This document shows, piece after piece, positions 10,060-20,185 of a DNA stretch of 64,000 nt (within the stretch, counting starts at the first letter, position 1; each line of letters starts with the position of its first letter). The notes beneath the pieces are model-generated. The model was not told the DNA's origin. It did no database searches and was given only the letters and a program-made list of their open reading frames with translations. The translations under genes and the position numbers were made by a program. Origin of the DNA: Candidatus Binatia bacterium (GTDB taxonomy: Bacteria > Desulfobacterota > Binatia > UBA12015); the NCBI GenBank assembly GCA_029248525.1, contig JAQWJE010000002.1:2381-66380 (forward strand), read 5' to 3'.

Positions 10060-10099
10060 GGCCAGACCCGGCGGACGAACTCCGGCAGTCTGGCCTTTT
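10060..10099 (+). terminator. Rho-independent terminator candidate after the 439-aa hypothetical gene
   Basis: GGCCAGACCCGG, a 10-nt loop, then CCGGcaGTCTGGCC, followed by TTTT (10096-10099). The stem is about 12 bp with a 2-nt bulge. Confidence 0.5.
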
Positions 10100-10115
10100 G
10101 CAAAAGGAAAACTTA

Positions 10116-11045
10116 ATGAAGTCACGACTGTCTGCGCTCGCCCTTCTCGCCGCCACCAGCCTTGTAGCCGGCCTTCTCTGGTCAGCACCGGCTCAGGCCC
10201 AGCAAGACCGTAAAACTCAGATTCTGGAAAACCTGAAGCTGAACGTTCCACAGCTCGCCGAGGTCAACCCGACCATGGGACCGATCGGCCCCAGCGGCAT
10301 CGACGGCCTCGACGAAGGCAACTTCATCGTGCAAGGACGCCCTTACAGCTTCCTCGTCACCGCCGACAACAAGAAACTCTGGTTGATTCAGGGCGAAGCG
10401 ATGGATGTGAGTCGTAGCGAGGCCGAAATCAAGGTCGCGGTTGCCGAACGTGCCGAAGAGGCCCGCAAGGCCAACGAAGCACGCACCGCACAGATCGCCG
10501 CATCCATTGAAGGACGTCCTTTCCGCGGCAGCGAAGATGCCGTGGTGACGATCGTCGAGTTCTCTGACTTCCAGTGTCCGTATTGCACGCGCGGCGCAGC
10601 AACCGTCGAGCAGATCCTCGAGCGCTATCCCAATGATGTGAAGTTTGTCTTCCAGCACTTCCCGCTGGGCTTCCACCCCTGGGCCAAACCGGCGGCGATC
10701 GCGGCCAACTGCGCCGGCCTGCAGAACCCCGACGCCTTCTGGACGCTCCACGATGCCTACTTCAAGGACCAGAAGCAGCTGACTCCGGAAAACGTCGTTT
10801 CGAAAAGCGAAACCTATCTCGCGGGATCCGGCATCGATATGAAGACCTGGAAGAACTGCGCGGCCGACACCAACTCGGCGGAATACAAAGCCGAAGCCGC
10901 CAACGTCGATGCCGATATGGCCTTCGGCCAGGCCATGGGCGTATCCGGCACCCCGGGTTTCTTCGTCAATGGAGAATTCCTCAACGGTGCCCAGCCGATC
11001 GATGCCTTCGTGCCGCTCATCGAAGCAGCCAAAGCAAATTCCTGA
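10116..11045 (+). CDS. Periplasmic DsbA-family thiol:disulfide oxidoreductase
   Basis: Trimmed to MKSRLSALALLAATSLVAGLLWSAPAQA (signal peptide, AAGGAA RBS). It has the thioredoxin-fold active site FSDFQCPYCTRG and GTPGFFVNG. Confidence 0.85.
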   Translation: MKSRLSALALLAATSLVAGLLWSAPAQAQQDRKTQILENLKLNVPQLAEVNPTMGPIGPSGIDGLDEGNFIVQGRPYSFLVTADNKKLWLIQGEAMDVSRSEAEIKVAVAERAEEARKANEARTAQIAASIEGRPFRGSEDAVVTIVEFSDFQCPYCTRGAATVEQILERYPNDVKFVFQHFPLGFHPWAKPAAIAANCAGLQNPDAFWTLHDAYFKDQKQLTPENVVSKSETYLAGSGIDMKTWKNCAADTNSAEYKAEAANVDADMAFGQAMGVSGTPGFFVNGEFLNGAQPIDAFVPLIEAAKANS

Positions 11046-11061
11046 TCGTATTTGATCCGAG

Positions 11062-11088
11062 CCGGGGCTCACACAAAGTGAGCCCCGG
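11062..11088 (+). terminator. Perfect 11-bp hairpin between the dsbA-like and serine-hydrolase genes
   Basis: CCGGGGCTCAC, loop acaaa, GTGAGCCCCGG. Only a weak T-rich tail follows (tgaggttt), so it could be an attenuator or stabiliser rather than a full terminator. Confidence 0.4.
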
Positions 11089-11100
11089 TGAGGTTTCCTC

Positions 11101-12300
11101 ATGACCCAAGAGCGTTTTCCCATCGTGGCGCCCGAGACCGTCGGGATCGACCCCGAAAGACTCGCCGCGCTGATCCAACGTGCTTCGCGCGAGGTCGACG
11201 AAGGTCTGTTGCCATCGGCCCAGATCGCCATCGCGCGACACGGCCAGCTCGTCGCCATGCACACTTTCGGGCAAGCGCAGTTCCAGGGCAAGACAGCTCC
11301 GGCGACCAACGACACCCTCTATTGTGTGTTCTCGGCGACCAAAGCGATCACATCGGCTGCCGCATGGATGCTGATCGAAGAAGGCCGGCTCGATATCGAC
11401 CAACCGGTAGCGAATCTGATCCCCGAGTTCGGAGCTCGCGGCAAAGAGGCCGTGCGTATCGAGCAACTTTTCACCCATACCGCCGGATTTCCCAACGCGC
11501 CCTTTCCGCCCAATGTATTTCTCGACCGGGAAAAACGTCTCGAGTTCTTTCGTCGCTGGAAATTGGAGTGGGAGCCCGGGTCGCGTTTTGTCTACCATCC
11601 ATCGTCGAGCATGTATGTGGTGGCGGAACTGATTGAACGGATCTCCGGGCAAACCTACGCCGACTTCGTCCGTCAACGGATCGCCCTGCCTCTGGGGTTG
11701 AAAGATCTTCGCTGCGGTCTGCCAGGCAGCGAGCACGCGCGCCTCGCAGATATCGAACACGTCGGCAACGCACCGACGGCCAGCGATTATGAGGCCGCGG
11801 GAATGCCGCAACCTCCGGAAACGGAGGTCACCGAAGATGCGCTGCGCAGCTTCAATCTCCCCGATGTGCGCGAAGCGGGCATCCCCGGCGGAGGCGGCAC
11901 CATGACAGCCGCAGAGATCGCGCTTTTCTATCAGGCTCTCCTGCGCGACAGCGAGAGCTCCGAGGGACCGGGCCTCTGGCAGCCCGGGACTCTGCAGATG
12001 GCACGCGAAATCCGCTCGGGCGACCTCCGCGACCCACTCTTCGGCAACCTCGCCAACCGCGCTCTGGGCCTGATGATCGCGGGCGACGAAAAACGAACCT
12101 TTCGGGGGTTCGGGCACGGCAACTCACCCGAATCCTTCGGGCACGGCGGCGCTGGCGGACAAATCGCCTGGGCCGATCCGGCGACCGGCATCTCCATCGG
12201 TTATTGCACCAACGGCCATGACCGCCACCCCATCCGTCAGGCGCGTCGGTCGGTCGCGATCTCGAGCCTCGCGGCCACCTGCCTCCAGGAAGGCCCTTGA
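11101..12300 (+). CDS. Beta-lactamase-fold serine hydrolase (class C / EstB-like esterase or peptidase)
   Basis: 399 aa. It has the S-x-x-K nucleophile motif (FSATKAITSAAAW), a later YHP segment and a HGGAGG region. Confidence 0.8.
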   Translation: MTQERFPIVAPETVGIDPERLAALIQRASREVDEGLLPSAQIAIARHGQLVAMHTFGQAQFQGKTAPATNDTLYCVFSATKAITSAAAWMLIEEGRLDIDQPVANLIPEFGARGKEAVRIEQLFTHTAGFPNAPFPPNVFLDREKRLEFFRRWKLEWEPGSRFVYHPSSSMYVVAELIERISGQTYADFVRQRIALPLGLKDLRCGLPGSEHARLADIEHVGNAPTASDYEAAGMPQPPETEVTEDALRSFNLPDVREAGIPGGGGTMTAAEIALFYQALLRDSESSEGPGLWQPGTLQMAREIRSGDLRDPLFGNLANRALGLMIAGDEKRTFRGFGHGNSPESFGHGGAGGQIAWADPATGISIGYCTNGHDRHPIRQARRSVAISSLAATCLQEGP

Positions 12301-12440
12301 GCAAGCGCCAGCCCCGGCTTCTGCAGAAAAATCGCAGAAGCGGCGACGGCAGCTTTCCCTGCCGGGCGCATCTCGGGTAGACAAAAGCCTCCCCTTCCCG
12401 GCTCCCCCTTCGGCCAACAGGGGCTTCAGGCAATGGCATC

Positions 12441-13496
12441 TTGATGAGATCGAATATAACCCGCTGGCTCAGCCTGCTCGCACTCATGGCCCTGCTTTTT
12501 TTCGGCCTGGGCGAGGTATTGAGCCGAGCCCTCAACCTCGTGGACCGGGCGAACGGATTCCCGCGAAAACTTTTTGTCGCTGCCCCCGAAACTGGTCTGA
12601 GCTATCGCATGCGGCCGGGCGTAGACGGAACCGTTCGAGGCGTGCCCGTGCGGACCAACCAACTCGGCTTCCGTGGCCCGGAAGTCGAGCGCCTGCCCGG
12701 CCCTGCGGTCCGGCGAGTTGTGATTCTCGGGGACTCGGTGACCTTCGGCTTTCGCATGCCCGAGACCGAGATCTTCCCCACTCTGATCGCCGAGCAACTG
12801 GCCGAGACGACCGATGCGCCCTGGGAGATTCTGAATTTTGGCGTCGAGGGCTATAATACCGTTGCCGAGCTGGAAGTTTTGCGCTCGACCGCACTGGACC
12901 TGCGCCCGGAGACGGTCGTGCTTGTCCTGAACCTGAATGACTATGACGAGACCCCGTCGGTTGGTCCGCGTGGCGTCCTGACCCTGAACCGCGAGGAAAC
13001 GATCTCTGCCTGGTCCCCGGCACACGTCTCCGAATTCTACCTCCTGCTGCAATGGCTGATTCGGACCGGAGGGAGCGTCTGGTTCGGCGAGCCGGCGCCA
13101 CCCCCCTCCTCCGCAGCAGTATCGACCGAGTTCGAGCCTCTCGACCTCTACGTTTCCGCCCTGCGCAAGGAATATTGGCGCAATCCGACCGACAGCCGCA
13201 TGGCGACCATGCACGCCGCGCTTCGCGAAATAAAACGGGAAACAGAAGAGCGAAACATCGGTCTTCTGATCGTGATTCTGCCCGACGGTGACCAGATCGG
13301 CGCAGCGAAAGCCGATATGATCCCGCAAATCCGCCTCGAGAAAATTTGTGCGGAAGAGGAACTGGATTGCCTGGACCTCCATCCGGTCTTCGCCCAGTCA
13401 CAGACGCCCAATCTCTTCATGGATATCATGCATCCGAATGCCGCAGGTCACGCCTTGGTTGCCGAGGCAATTGCATCTCGACTGGGGAATCGGTGA
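12441..13496 (+). CDS. Membrane-anchored SGNH/GDSL-family hydrolase (second copy)
   Basis: N-terminal TM anchor (WLSLLALMALLFFGLG). Block I is VVILGDSVTFG, followed by NFGVEGYN and a C-terminal DIMHPNAAGH (the D-x-x-H catalytic block). Confidence 0.75.
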   Translation: MMRSNITRWLSLLALMALLFFGLGEVLSRALNLVDRANGFPRKLFVAAPETGLSYRMRPGVDGTVRGVPVRTNQLGFRGPEVERLPGPAVRRVVILGDSVTFGFRMPETEIFPTLIAEQLAETTDAPWEILNFGVEGYNTVAELEVLRSTALDLRPETVVLVLNLNDYDETPSVGPRGVLTLNREETISAWSPAHVSEFYLLLQWLIRTGGSVWFGEPAPPPSSAAVSTEFEPLDLYVSALRKEYWRNPTDSRMATMHAALREIKRETEERNIGLLIVILPDGDQIGAAKADMIPQIRLEKICAEEELDCLDLHPVFAQSQTPNLFMDIMHPNAAGHALVAEAIASRLGNR

Positions 13497-15670
13497 CTCC
13501 CTGGAAATCGCATTTGCCGGCGCTTGGATTCTTCCTTGTGCTCACCACCATGGTCTCTTGGCCTCTGGCCACACGCCTCGGAGATATGCTGCCAGTCGCA
13601 GCCAACCCCTGGCTCCGTGCCGATATTGATCTGCTCGTCTGGATCCTGGCGTGGACTTCTCGGGCCATTATCACGGCACCTCTCGAGATTTTCGAGGCCA
13701 CCGTTTTCCATCCCGCACCTTTGGCATTAACAGCATCGGAAAATCTGATCGGGCTCACTCCCATTTCGACACCAGTGCTGCTGGCTACCGACAACCCGAT
13801 CTTCACCTACAACTTTACCCTTCTGGCTGTCACTTTCCTGACGGCGTACACCGCCTATCGGGCGGTGCGCGACTTCGAAGACTCTCTGGTCGCCGGCCTC
13901 CTCGCGGGAAGCCTGCTGGCTTTCGACCCCCTCCTCATCCACCAATGGGCAAGGCTCCACGAGAGCGCCATCTCCTTGTTCCCGCTGGTCTTCATGCTCT
14001 CGTTCCGCGTCGCGCGAAAACCGACCCGGGCCAACTTCTGCGGCCTGATCCTGGTCACATCGATCCAAATCCTCGCGGGTGTTTATCTCGCCTTTATTTT
14101 GGGGACGTTCGCGGCCGGACTGGCACCAGGCCTCATCTGGCAGGCGCATCAGGCGGGCCGGACCGGCGCTCGTCCGCTGGCGGCCTTGTTGCTCGGCACG
14201 CTGGTCCCCGGAATCGTAAGCATTCCCTACATCACCCGTCAGGCCGGCGGCACCTACCCCGAACTCCAGCAGGCTCTGGAAATTGCCAACCTCTATTCGT
14301 CATCACTGGGCCAGAGCCTCCTCGCACTCTCGTCCGGGACAGGGTGGCTCACCGCGCCCCTTGCCATTCTCGGCATGGCGAACCGAAATATCCCGACAGC
14401 GATCCGGCTGTCGCTCCTGCTCAGCCTGAGTCTCGGCCTGCTGCTCGCGGCAGGCCCACAAACGCCGCTGTTGCCCGGAACGGAGATCCCGGGCCTCTAT
14501 CAGGGACTGGCGAGTATCCTGCCAGGATTCGCCACCATGCGCGCACCCGCCCGATTCCTGGTGATCTGCCATATCTGTCTGGCTTTGCTTTCGGGGCTGG
14601 GTGCGGCTCTCCTTATGCGCACGCTTGCCCGCCGCTATGGTGCGATCGTCAGTCGTATCAGCGGCCTGGCTTTGCTCACGCTTGCCATTGCGCTCATCTT
14701 CGGCAGCCAAACCGTATGGCCAATCCCCACAACCAAAGTGCCACGCGGTCCCTTTTTCCTGGGTGCCTATCAATGGCTGGCCGCGAACGGAACCGACGGT
14801 GCCGTCCTGGAATTGCCCGCGATGCAATCCCCATTGGAAAAGAAACCACTCGCGCAAACCGGTCGTGCGATGCGGGGGGCGCTCCGGCACGGCCTGCCGC
14901 TGATCAATGGCTACTCAGGCCACCCACCCCCCTCACATCCATTGCTCATGGCGTGGGCCCATCGGATTCCACAGGCTTCAGCACTCGAGGACTTCTGCCA
15001 GTACACGGATCTGCGCTGGATCATCGTTCACAACGGAATGCTGCCCGAAAGGGAAGAGAGCTTGCAGCATGGCCTTGCGAGCTGGGGCCTGCAAGAACGA
15101 GCGCGCTTCGGGCGCGACGTGGTCTACGAGATGCCACGCGCTTGCGGGCGTGACACGCATCGACTTCGAGAACATATAATTTCGCCGGAGGGTACCACCC
15201 TCGCGAATACCCCGATGCGCGCACTCGTGCCCGAGGAGAGGAACGGAACGATTACTGCCGATCTCGCGCCACCGTGGTTCACGAACTCTGTGCACTGGGT
15301 GGATCTGACCATCCAGAACCAGAGCAAGGTCACGTGGCCCGGCATGACCGCCGATCGAGAACACGCAGTCTCGATTCGCGCGCAGTGGGTCTCGGCTGCG
15401 GGGATCGTGAATCCCTGTTGCTCGCTGCCCATGTTGCTTGGGCGCGACCTCGGACCGGGCGAAATCCTGCACACGCCGTTCCTGATCTACGCCCCGTCCG
15501 CTCCTGGCGATTGGACCCTGGAACTCGGCCTCGAGCAGAGGGGCTCCGGCCGGTTTATCGACACTGGCGGATCCGCATACCAGCGCTACACCATGCCCTT
15601 GGTCAGGCCTGATGCCGCCGTCACCGAAAAGACGGCAACACCGGCAGGGTTGCCCCGGCAAGATCCATGA
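13493..15670 (+). CDS. Large polytopic membrane protein, GT-C-like (putative glycosyltransferase) with a C-terminal soluble domain
   Basis: Track ORF 13346..15670 trimmed to an in-frame GTG at 13493 that overlaps the upstream stop (GTGA). It has about 12-13 hydrophobic helices and then a soluble tail of about 250 aa. The function is inferred from architecture only. Confidence 0.55.
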   Translation: MTPWKSHLPALGFFLVLTTMVSWPLATRLGDMLPVAANPWLRADIDLLVWILAWTSRAIITAPLEIFEATVFHPAPLALTASENLIGLTPISTPVLLATDNPIFTYNFTLLAVTFLTAYTAYRAVRDFEDSLVAGLLAGSLLAFDPLLIHQWARLHESAISLFPLVFMLSFRVARKPTRANFCGLILVTSIQILAGVYLAFILGTFAAGLAPGLIWQAHQAGRTGARPLAALLLGTLVPGIVSIPYITRQAGGTYPELQQALEIANLYSSSLGQSLLALSSGTGWLTAPLAILGMANRNIPTAIRLSLLLSLSLGLLLAAGPQTPLLPGTEIPGLYQGLASILPGFATMRAPARFLVICHICLALLSGLGAALLMRTLARRYGAIVSRISGLALLTLAIALIFGSQTVWPIPTTKVPRGPFFLGAYQWLAANGTDGAVLELPAMQSPLEKKPLAQTGRAMRGALRHGLPLINGYSGHPPPSHPLLMAWAHRIPQASALEDFCQYTDLRWIIVHNGMLPEREESLQHGLASWGLQERARFGRDVVYEMPRACGRDTHRLREHIISPEGTTLANTPMRALVPEERNGTITADLAPPWFTNSVHWVDLTIQNQSKVTWPGMTADREHAVSIRAQWVSAAGIVNPCCSLPMLLGRDLGPGEILHTPFLIYAPSAPGDWTLELGLEQRGSGRFIDTGGSAYQRYTMPLVRPDAAVTEKTATPAGLPRQDP

Positions 15671-16497
15671 TCGAAGTCGCCAGCCTTCATATCTATCCGA
15701 TCAAAAGCTGTCGCTCGACCGATCTCGAGCGACTCCAATGTGACGCACGCGGTCCGGTGCATGACCGTCGTTTGATGATTGTCGACAGGGCGGGAAAGTT
15801 CATCACCCAGCGCACCGAGACCCGACTTTCCCAAGTCTCTGTCCGACGAGAGCAGGATCGGCTAACCTTGGCAGGCCCGGGCATCGAGTCACTCACCACC
15901 ACGATCGAAAACGGCCCCCTGCGCCCCGTCGAGGTCTGGCGGCATCGCGGCGGCGCCCATGCGATCAGCCCGGATGCCGATCGCTGGCTCTCGGACTTCC
16001 TGCGGCAAGACGTCGCTCTGGTCGGCTGCCCCGAGAATATGCACAGGCTTGCCAACCCCGATTGGGCCACACAAACCACCCCCATCAGCTTTGTCGATGG
16101 CTACCCGATCCTGATCCTCTCGGAAGCGTCCGTGGACGATCTGAACAGCCGCCTGAAAACGCCTGTCGAAGCGATGCGATTCCGCCCCAACATCCTGCTC
16201 CGAGGGTGTGCGCCCTTTGCCGAGGACGGATGGAAAACGATCCGCATCGGCGATGCCGTGATCGATATTCTGAAACCTTGCGATCGCTGTTCGGTCGTCT
16301 CGATTGATCCTGCAAGCGGAAACACCAGCAAGGAACCCCTGAGAACCCTGGCCACCTTTCGCAAAAGCCCTGCGGGCATCCTTTTCGGCCAAAATAGCGC
16401 CACCCGACAACCGGCGACCCTTCGAACGGGCGACCCCGTCGAAGTTCTCGAAACACGCCGCGCGGACGACGTACCGGCCGACTTTCGAATCAGGTAG
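15667..16497 (+). CDS. MOSC domain-containing protein (YcbX-like)
   Basis: Its start overlaps the upstream stop (ATGA). The N-terminal beta-barrel segment is LHIYPIKSCRS. The MOSC region contains FRPNILL and ILKPCDRCSVVSIDP (conserved Cys). Confidence 0.8.
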   Translation: MIEVASLHIYPIKSCRSTDLERLQCDARGPVHDRRLMIVDRAGKFITQRTETRLSQVSVRREQDRLTLAGPGIESLTTTIENGPLRPVEVWRHRGGAHAISPDADRWLSDFLRQDVALVGCPENMHRLANPDWATQTTPISFVDGYPILILSEASVDDLNSRLKTPVEAMRFRPNILLRGCAPFAEDGWKTIRIGDAVIDILKPCDRCSVVSIDPASGNTSKEPLRTLATFRKSPAGILFGQNSATRQPATLRTGDPVEVLETRRADDVPADFRIR

Positions 16498-16565
16498 GCA
16501 CCGCGGCAACGAGTCAAAACCTCACGCCTTCGGATCTTCGCCAATCCTGTTAGAGTTCCTCGGCA

Positions 16566-17450
16566 ATGGCATCCCCTGAAATAGGAAAATATAATCGCCT
16601 GCGGGTGCAGGAGGAAAAATCCACCGGGCTGATTCTTGACGGGGGCGCACTCGGCCCACTTCATCTGGTCCGGAAGGAGATCCCGAGGGACCAACCGGCC
16701 GAGATCGGTGATGAAATCGATATTTTTATCGCCCTCGACTCCGAAGACCAGCTCTACGCGACCACCCGCAAACCGCTCGCAACTGTCGGCGAGTTTGCTC
16801 TCTTGCGGGTCGTCGACGTCGCCGGGGCCGGGGCTTTTCTCGATTGGGGACTCCCCAAAGATCTACTCCTCCCCTTCCGCGAACAGATTCGCGACGCCCG
16901 CACCGGCACCTCGGAGCTGGTTTATATCGATCTCGACCGAGCCAGCCAGCGCCTGGTCGCCTCGGCAAAGCTCAAGAAATTCGTCGGCAAGGAAGCGCCT
17001 CGTGATCTGCGCCCCGGCGACAAGGTCGACCTGCTGATCACGGAACGAACGGACCTCGGCTGGAAGGCCATCGTCGACGATGCCTACTGGGGCCTGTTGC
17101 GCCTGCCGGAGGAAGCGACCGGCCCGGCAAGAGGCCAACGCATCCCGGCCTTTATCAATCAGGTCCGCATGGACGGCCTCGTGGACCTCAGCCTCGAGCC
17201 TCCGGGCTACCAGCGTGTCGGTGGAGCCGCCGAGAGAATTCTTCAGATGCTCGCCGAGACACCGGATGGCTTTCTACCCCTGCATGACAAAAGCGACCCG
17301 CAGGAAATCCGCGATAGGCTCGGAATCAGCAAGAAAGTGTTCAAGCAGGCCATCGGCGGCCTGTTCAAGCACGGCGAGTTGACGATCGAAAAAGACGGCC
17401 TGCGCCTGGTCGACCCCGACGAGCCGGGAGAGGGCAGCCCTGACACCTGA
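16566..17450 (+). CDS. S1-like RNA-binding protein, CvfB/YitL family
   Basis: 294 aa with repeated S1-like segments. It has AFLDWGLPKDLLLPFREQ and a C-terminal winged-helix-like KKVFKQAIGGLFKHGEL. Confidence 0.75.
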   Translation: MASPEIGKYNRLRVQEEKSTGLILDGGALGPLHLVRKEIPRDQPAEIGDEIDIFIALDSEDQLYATTRKPLATVGEFALLRVVDVAGAGAFLDWGLPKDLLLPFREQIRDARTGTSELVYIDLDRASQRLVASAKLKKFVGKEAPRDLRPGDKVDLLITERTDLGWKAIVDDAYWGLLRLPEEATGPARGQRIPAFINQVRMDGLVDLSLEPPGYQRVGGAAERILQMLAETPDGFLPLHDKSDPQEIRDRLGISKKVFKQAIGGLFKHGELTIEKDGLRLVDPDEPGEGSPDT

Positions 17451-17712
17451 GACGATGGTTCCGGTTTGCCACGATGGGGTCCTTCCCGCCTGGCGGGTTG
17501 GATCCACTATCTCGCTGGCGACCTTTTGCTCGGTGCTTGGGAAAGTCGAGCCACGGCCCGGGATAACCCCCGCTCTGGTAGCACCATGTCTTTTCCTCAC
17601 CCTGATGGCCGGGCCCTTCGGGCTGCTTCCATCTGCAACTCTCAGACTCGCGCGGCGAAAAAACAGGAGTCTCATCGAGGTTTGAGAGTCCCTCCTCAAC
17701 TTCTCCCGCCAG

Positions 17713-19302
17713 ATGATTTCCGCTAACGTCTTGAGGATGAGTCGCTGGAGTCGAGGGTTGCTGGGAGGAGTTTTCGCTGCCTTCGCATTCGCCTCCGCCT
17801 GCGCCCCTGTTCTGCACGAACCCGCGCCGCGTCTGATCCCCCCCGGTCAGGAATCCCGATGGCTCTTGCGCTGCGAGAAAGTCCGATCCGTGCGACACGA
17901 TCATCGTATCCCGGGAAAGACCTCCCATTGGCTGTGGGCCCGTGACGAACAGGGACTGCCCGTGGCGGTCACCGGCACTCTCCAGGACGGGTTCCTCGTC
18001 GTCGCTCGGAACACGCCACGCAAAGACCCCTCCGTCCGCAACGTCGGGTTCAATGATCTTCGCGAGATCTGCCAAAAGACGATCCGACAAAGTAAACGCG
18101 GCGCCTTTCACTCGCTGGGTCATGTGCGCGCCGCTCGCCGGCGAGAAGGTATCAACGTGCCCCTCCTCGCACCCCGCCCGCGGACAGGGCAAGAGCCCGT
18201 GACTCGAGTCGTTGTTTTCGGCGACAGCTTGTCGGACTCGGGCAAGTTGAAGAATCGCCTGCGCATCTTCCCCGGGCGACCTTATTGGATTGGACGCTTT
18301 TCGAATGGTCCGAACTGGGCTGATTATCTGGAACGGATCCTCGACGTCCCGGTGCAAAACCACGCCTACGGCGGCGCCTCGGTTCACCCCACTTCACTGA
18401 TGTCCGGCGAGAACATGATCACGAAAATGGCCGAAGAGGGTCAGTTCTTTGTGAGCGGCAGCCTCGGGCTGCAGATCGAGGACTATACGGAGAGATTTCT
18501 CGAATCCGGCACGATCGACCACCCCGACAAGACGATCTTTCTCTTCTGGGGCGGAGCCAATGATTATCTCGCAAAAATTCCCTTCGATGGAACCATCCAG
18601 ACGCTGCTGGATCGACCAATGGCGACCGGCGGCTATCAGACGATCGCGCGCCGGGTGATTCAATCGATGGAAGAACAAATCCTTCACCTCTACGAAGCCG
18701 GCGCACGCCGGTTCATCGTCCTCAACCTGCCCGACCTCGGGGCCACCCCGATCGTCCTACAAAATAATACCTATACGGGCGAGAAGCCTGATCCCTCCCC
18801 GGCCGAAAAGAAAATCGCACTGGCCAGTCGCCTCAGTCAGCTCAGCGAGTTCCACAACCAGGAACTCGCGGCGGCCCTTGGCGATCTCCGGGCGAAACTT
18901 CCTGAAGCCGAGATCCTGAGTCCCGATACCGCCGCGCTCTTCGCCAGCATTCTTGACTCCAATTTCACTCTCGACGAGTCCGGCACGCCCTTCGACCTCG
19001 GCTTTGATATCACCTCGCAGCGCGTCGATGTCGAAAGCGACACCGGCTCGATTCAACTCCAGGATCGATGTTTCACGGGAGGTTATCTGGGAAGCCCCCG
19101 CCCCGAAGACATTTGCGCCAACGCCGATCGCGTCCTCTTCTGGGACACGATTCACCCAACGACGTTTGCGCACTGCTGGCAGGCATACTTTATCGCGCGC
19201 GAACTGCAGGACGCAGGCTGGTGGAGCGGCCTCACCGCCCCCGAGGCCCACAAGGCTCGTTGCCTTGAGTTCCAGGCGCGCGAGTACGCACCGGATCCGT
19301 GA
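17713..19302 (+). CDS. GDSL-family lipase/acyltransferase (lipoprotein-like N-terminus)
   Basis: Has VVVFGDSLSDSG (block I), FSNGPNWADYL, YGGAS, FWGGANDY and WDTIHPT (block V D-x-x-H). The signal is lipoprotein-like (AFAFASAC). An alternative start lies at 17737. Confidence 0.8.
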   Translation: MISANVLRMSRWSRGLLGGVFAAFAFASACAPVLHEPAPRLIPPGQESRWLLRCEKVRSVRHDHRIPGKTSHWLWARDEQGLPVAVTGTLQDGFLVVARNTPRKDPSVRNVGFNDLREICQKTIRQSKRGAFHSLGHVRAARRREGINVPLLAPRPRTGQEPVTRVVVFGDSLSDSGKLKNRLRIFPGRPYWIGRFSNGPNWADYLERILDVPVQNHAYGGASVHPTSLMSGENMITKMAEEGQFFVSGSLGLQIEDYTERFLESGTIDHPDKTIFLFWGGANDYLAKIPFDGTIQTLLDRPMATGGYQTIARRVIQSMEEQILHLYEAGARRFIVLNLPDLGATPIVLQNNTYTGEKPDPSPAEKKIALASRLSQLSEFHNQELAAALGDLRAKLPEAEILSPDTAALFASILDSNFTLDESGTPFDLGFDITSQRVDVESDTGSIQLQDRCFTGGYLGSPRPEDICANADRVLFWDTIHPTTFAHCWQAYFIARELQDAGWWSGLTAPEAHKARCLEFQAREYAPDP

Positions 19303-19308
19303 GCCACT

Positions 19309-20151
19309 TCAGCCCGGCGTGCGGATGAACGCTTCGGCGTCGCGACGACCCATATCTCGCGCCGCCGCGAGCCCCTCGGGGCTCGTATAGTCCCATTTAC
19401 TCACCGGCATCTCCGCCGAGGGCTGAACGTAGGTCCTGCCCGGGAACCCCTTGAGCAACTCGGGATCGTAGCGGCGGCTCAAAAGAACAAGGACTTTCTC
19501 GCGCTCGGGGGAAAGAATCCCGACCGGTACATTATCGAGCAGGCCTCCGTCGAGAACCGGTTCTCCATCACGCTTGAAAACCGGCGTGAACGGCGGCGTG
19601 CAGGAAGAGCAGAGAATCAGGTCCGCGAGGTCTCCGGGCGAACGGCAGTCAAGGACCTCACCGACCCCCTCGCGAAACCCCAGCGCCGCACCCAGCCGTG
19701 GGTGCAGACTCGGACTCAGAATTTTTTCCAATTCATAAGCGAGCAGCCCCGCACCGACACCCATGCGGGGCCCCAACCAACCCGGCAATCTCGCGAAAAG
19801 GATCCGGACTCGTGGTCCCTGATGCAAACAATCCAGTGCGGCCCCGTCGATACAGTGGAGAATCGTGTCGCGGTAAATTTCCTCATGCGGAAACAGGCTC
19901 CCGCCACCAAAAAGGTTTTTCGGGTAGACGTTCGCTTCGTTCCCCTCCGCACGCAGCGAAAAATGTGCGAAAACCTGATCCGCTACCCCGGCGAAAAAAG
20001 CGCAGGCCATGGCGGAACCCGCACTGACGGCGCCAACCTCATGGGGTGCAAAATCTGTCTCACTCGTGAGCACCTCCAAAAAGCCCATCTGCCAGAAGCA
20101 GCGGCAACCGCCCCCCGCCAGAACCAGCCCATCATACGAAAAGTCCTTCAT
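19309..20151 (-). CDS. Patatin-like phospholipase
   Basis: Track ORF trimmed to MKDFSYDGLVLAGGGCRCFW (oxyanion G-G-G-x-R). A nucleophile elbow-like GAVSAGS is present, along with a late DGG(L)LDNVP Asp motif. Confidence 0.75.
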   Translation of the reverse strand: MKDFSYDGLVLAGGGCRCFWQMGFLEVLTSETDFAPHEVGAVSAGSAMACAFFAGVADQVFAHFSLRAEGNEANVYPKNLFGGGSLFPHEEIYRDTILHCIDGAALDCLHQGPRVRILFARLPGWLGPRMGVGAGLLAYELEKILSPSLHPRLGAALGFREGVGEVLDCRSPGDLADLILCSSCTPPFTPVFKRDGEPVLDGGLLDNVPVGILSPEREKVLVLLSRRYDPELLKGFPGRTYVQPSAEMPVSKWDYTSPEGLAAARDMGRRDAEAFIRTPG

Positions 20152-20185
20152 TGCAGTCGTGTTTCCGGTCGCGAGCGAAACGGGC

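Noticed and set aside
10182-12117. Long minus-strand ORFs 10182..11315 (377 aa) and 11017..12117 (366 aa).
   Set aside because: They are antisense to the DsbA-like and serine-hydrolase genes, which carry clear motifs (CPYC, S-x-x-K). Their Arg/Gly/Ala/His-rich, Lys-poor composition is typical of shadow ORFs in GC-rich DNA.
17455-17726. ORFs of 76 and 86 aa in the 263-nt gap before the GDSL lipase gene.
   Set aside because: They have no RBS, third-position GC is visibly lower than in neighbouring genes, and they carry no motifs. The gap may simply be promoter or 5' UTR sequence.
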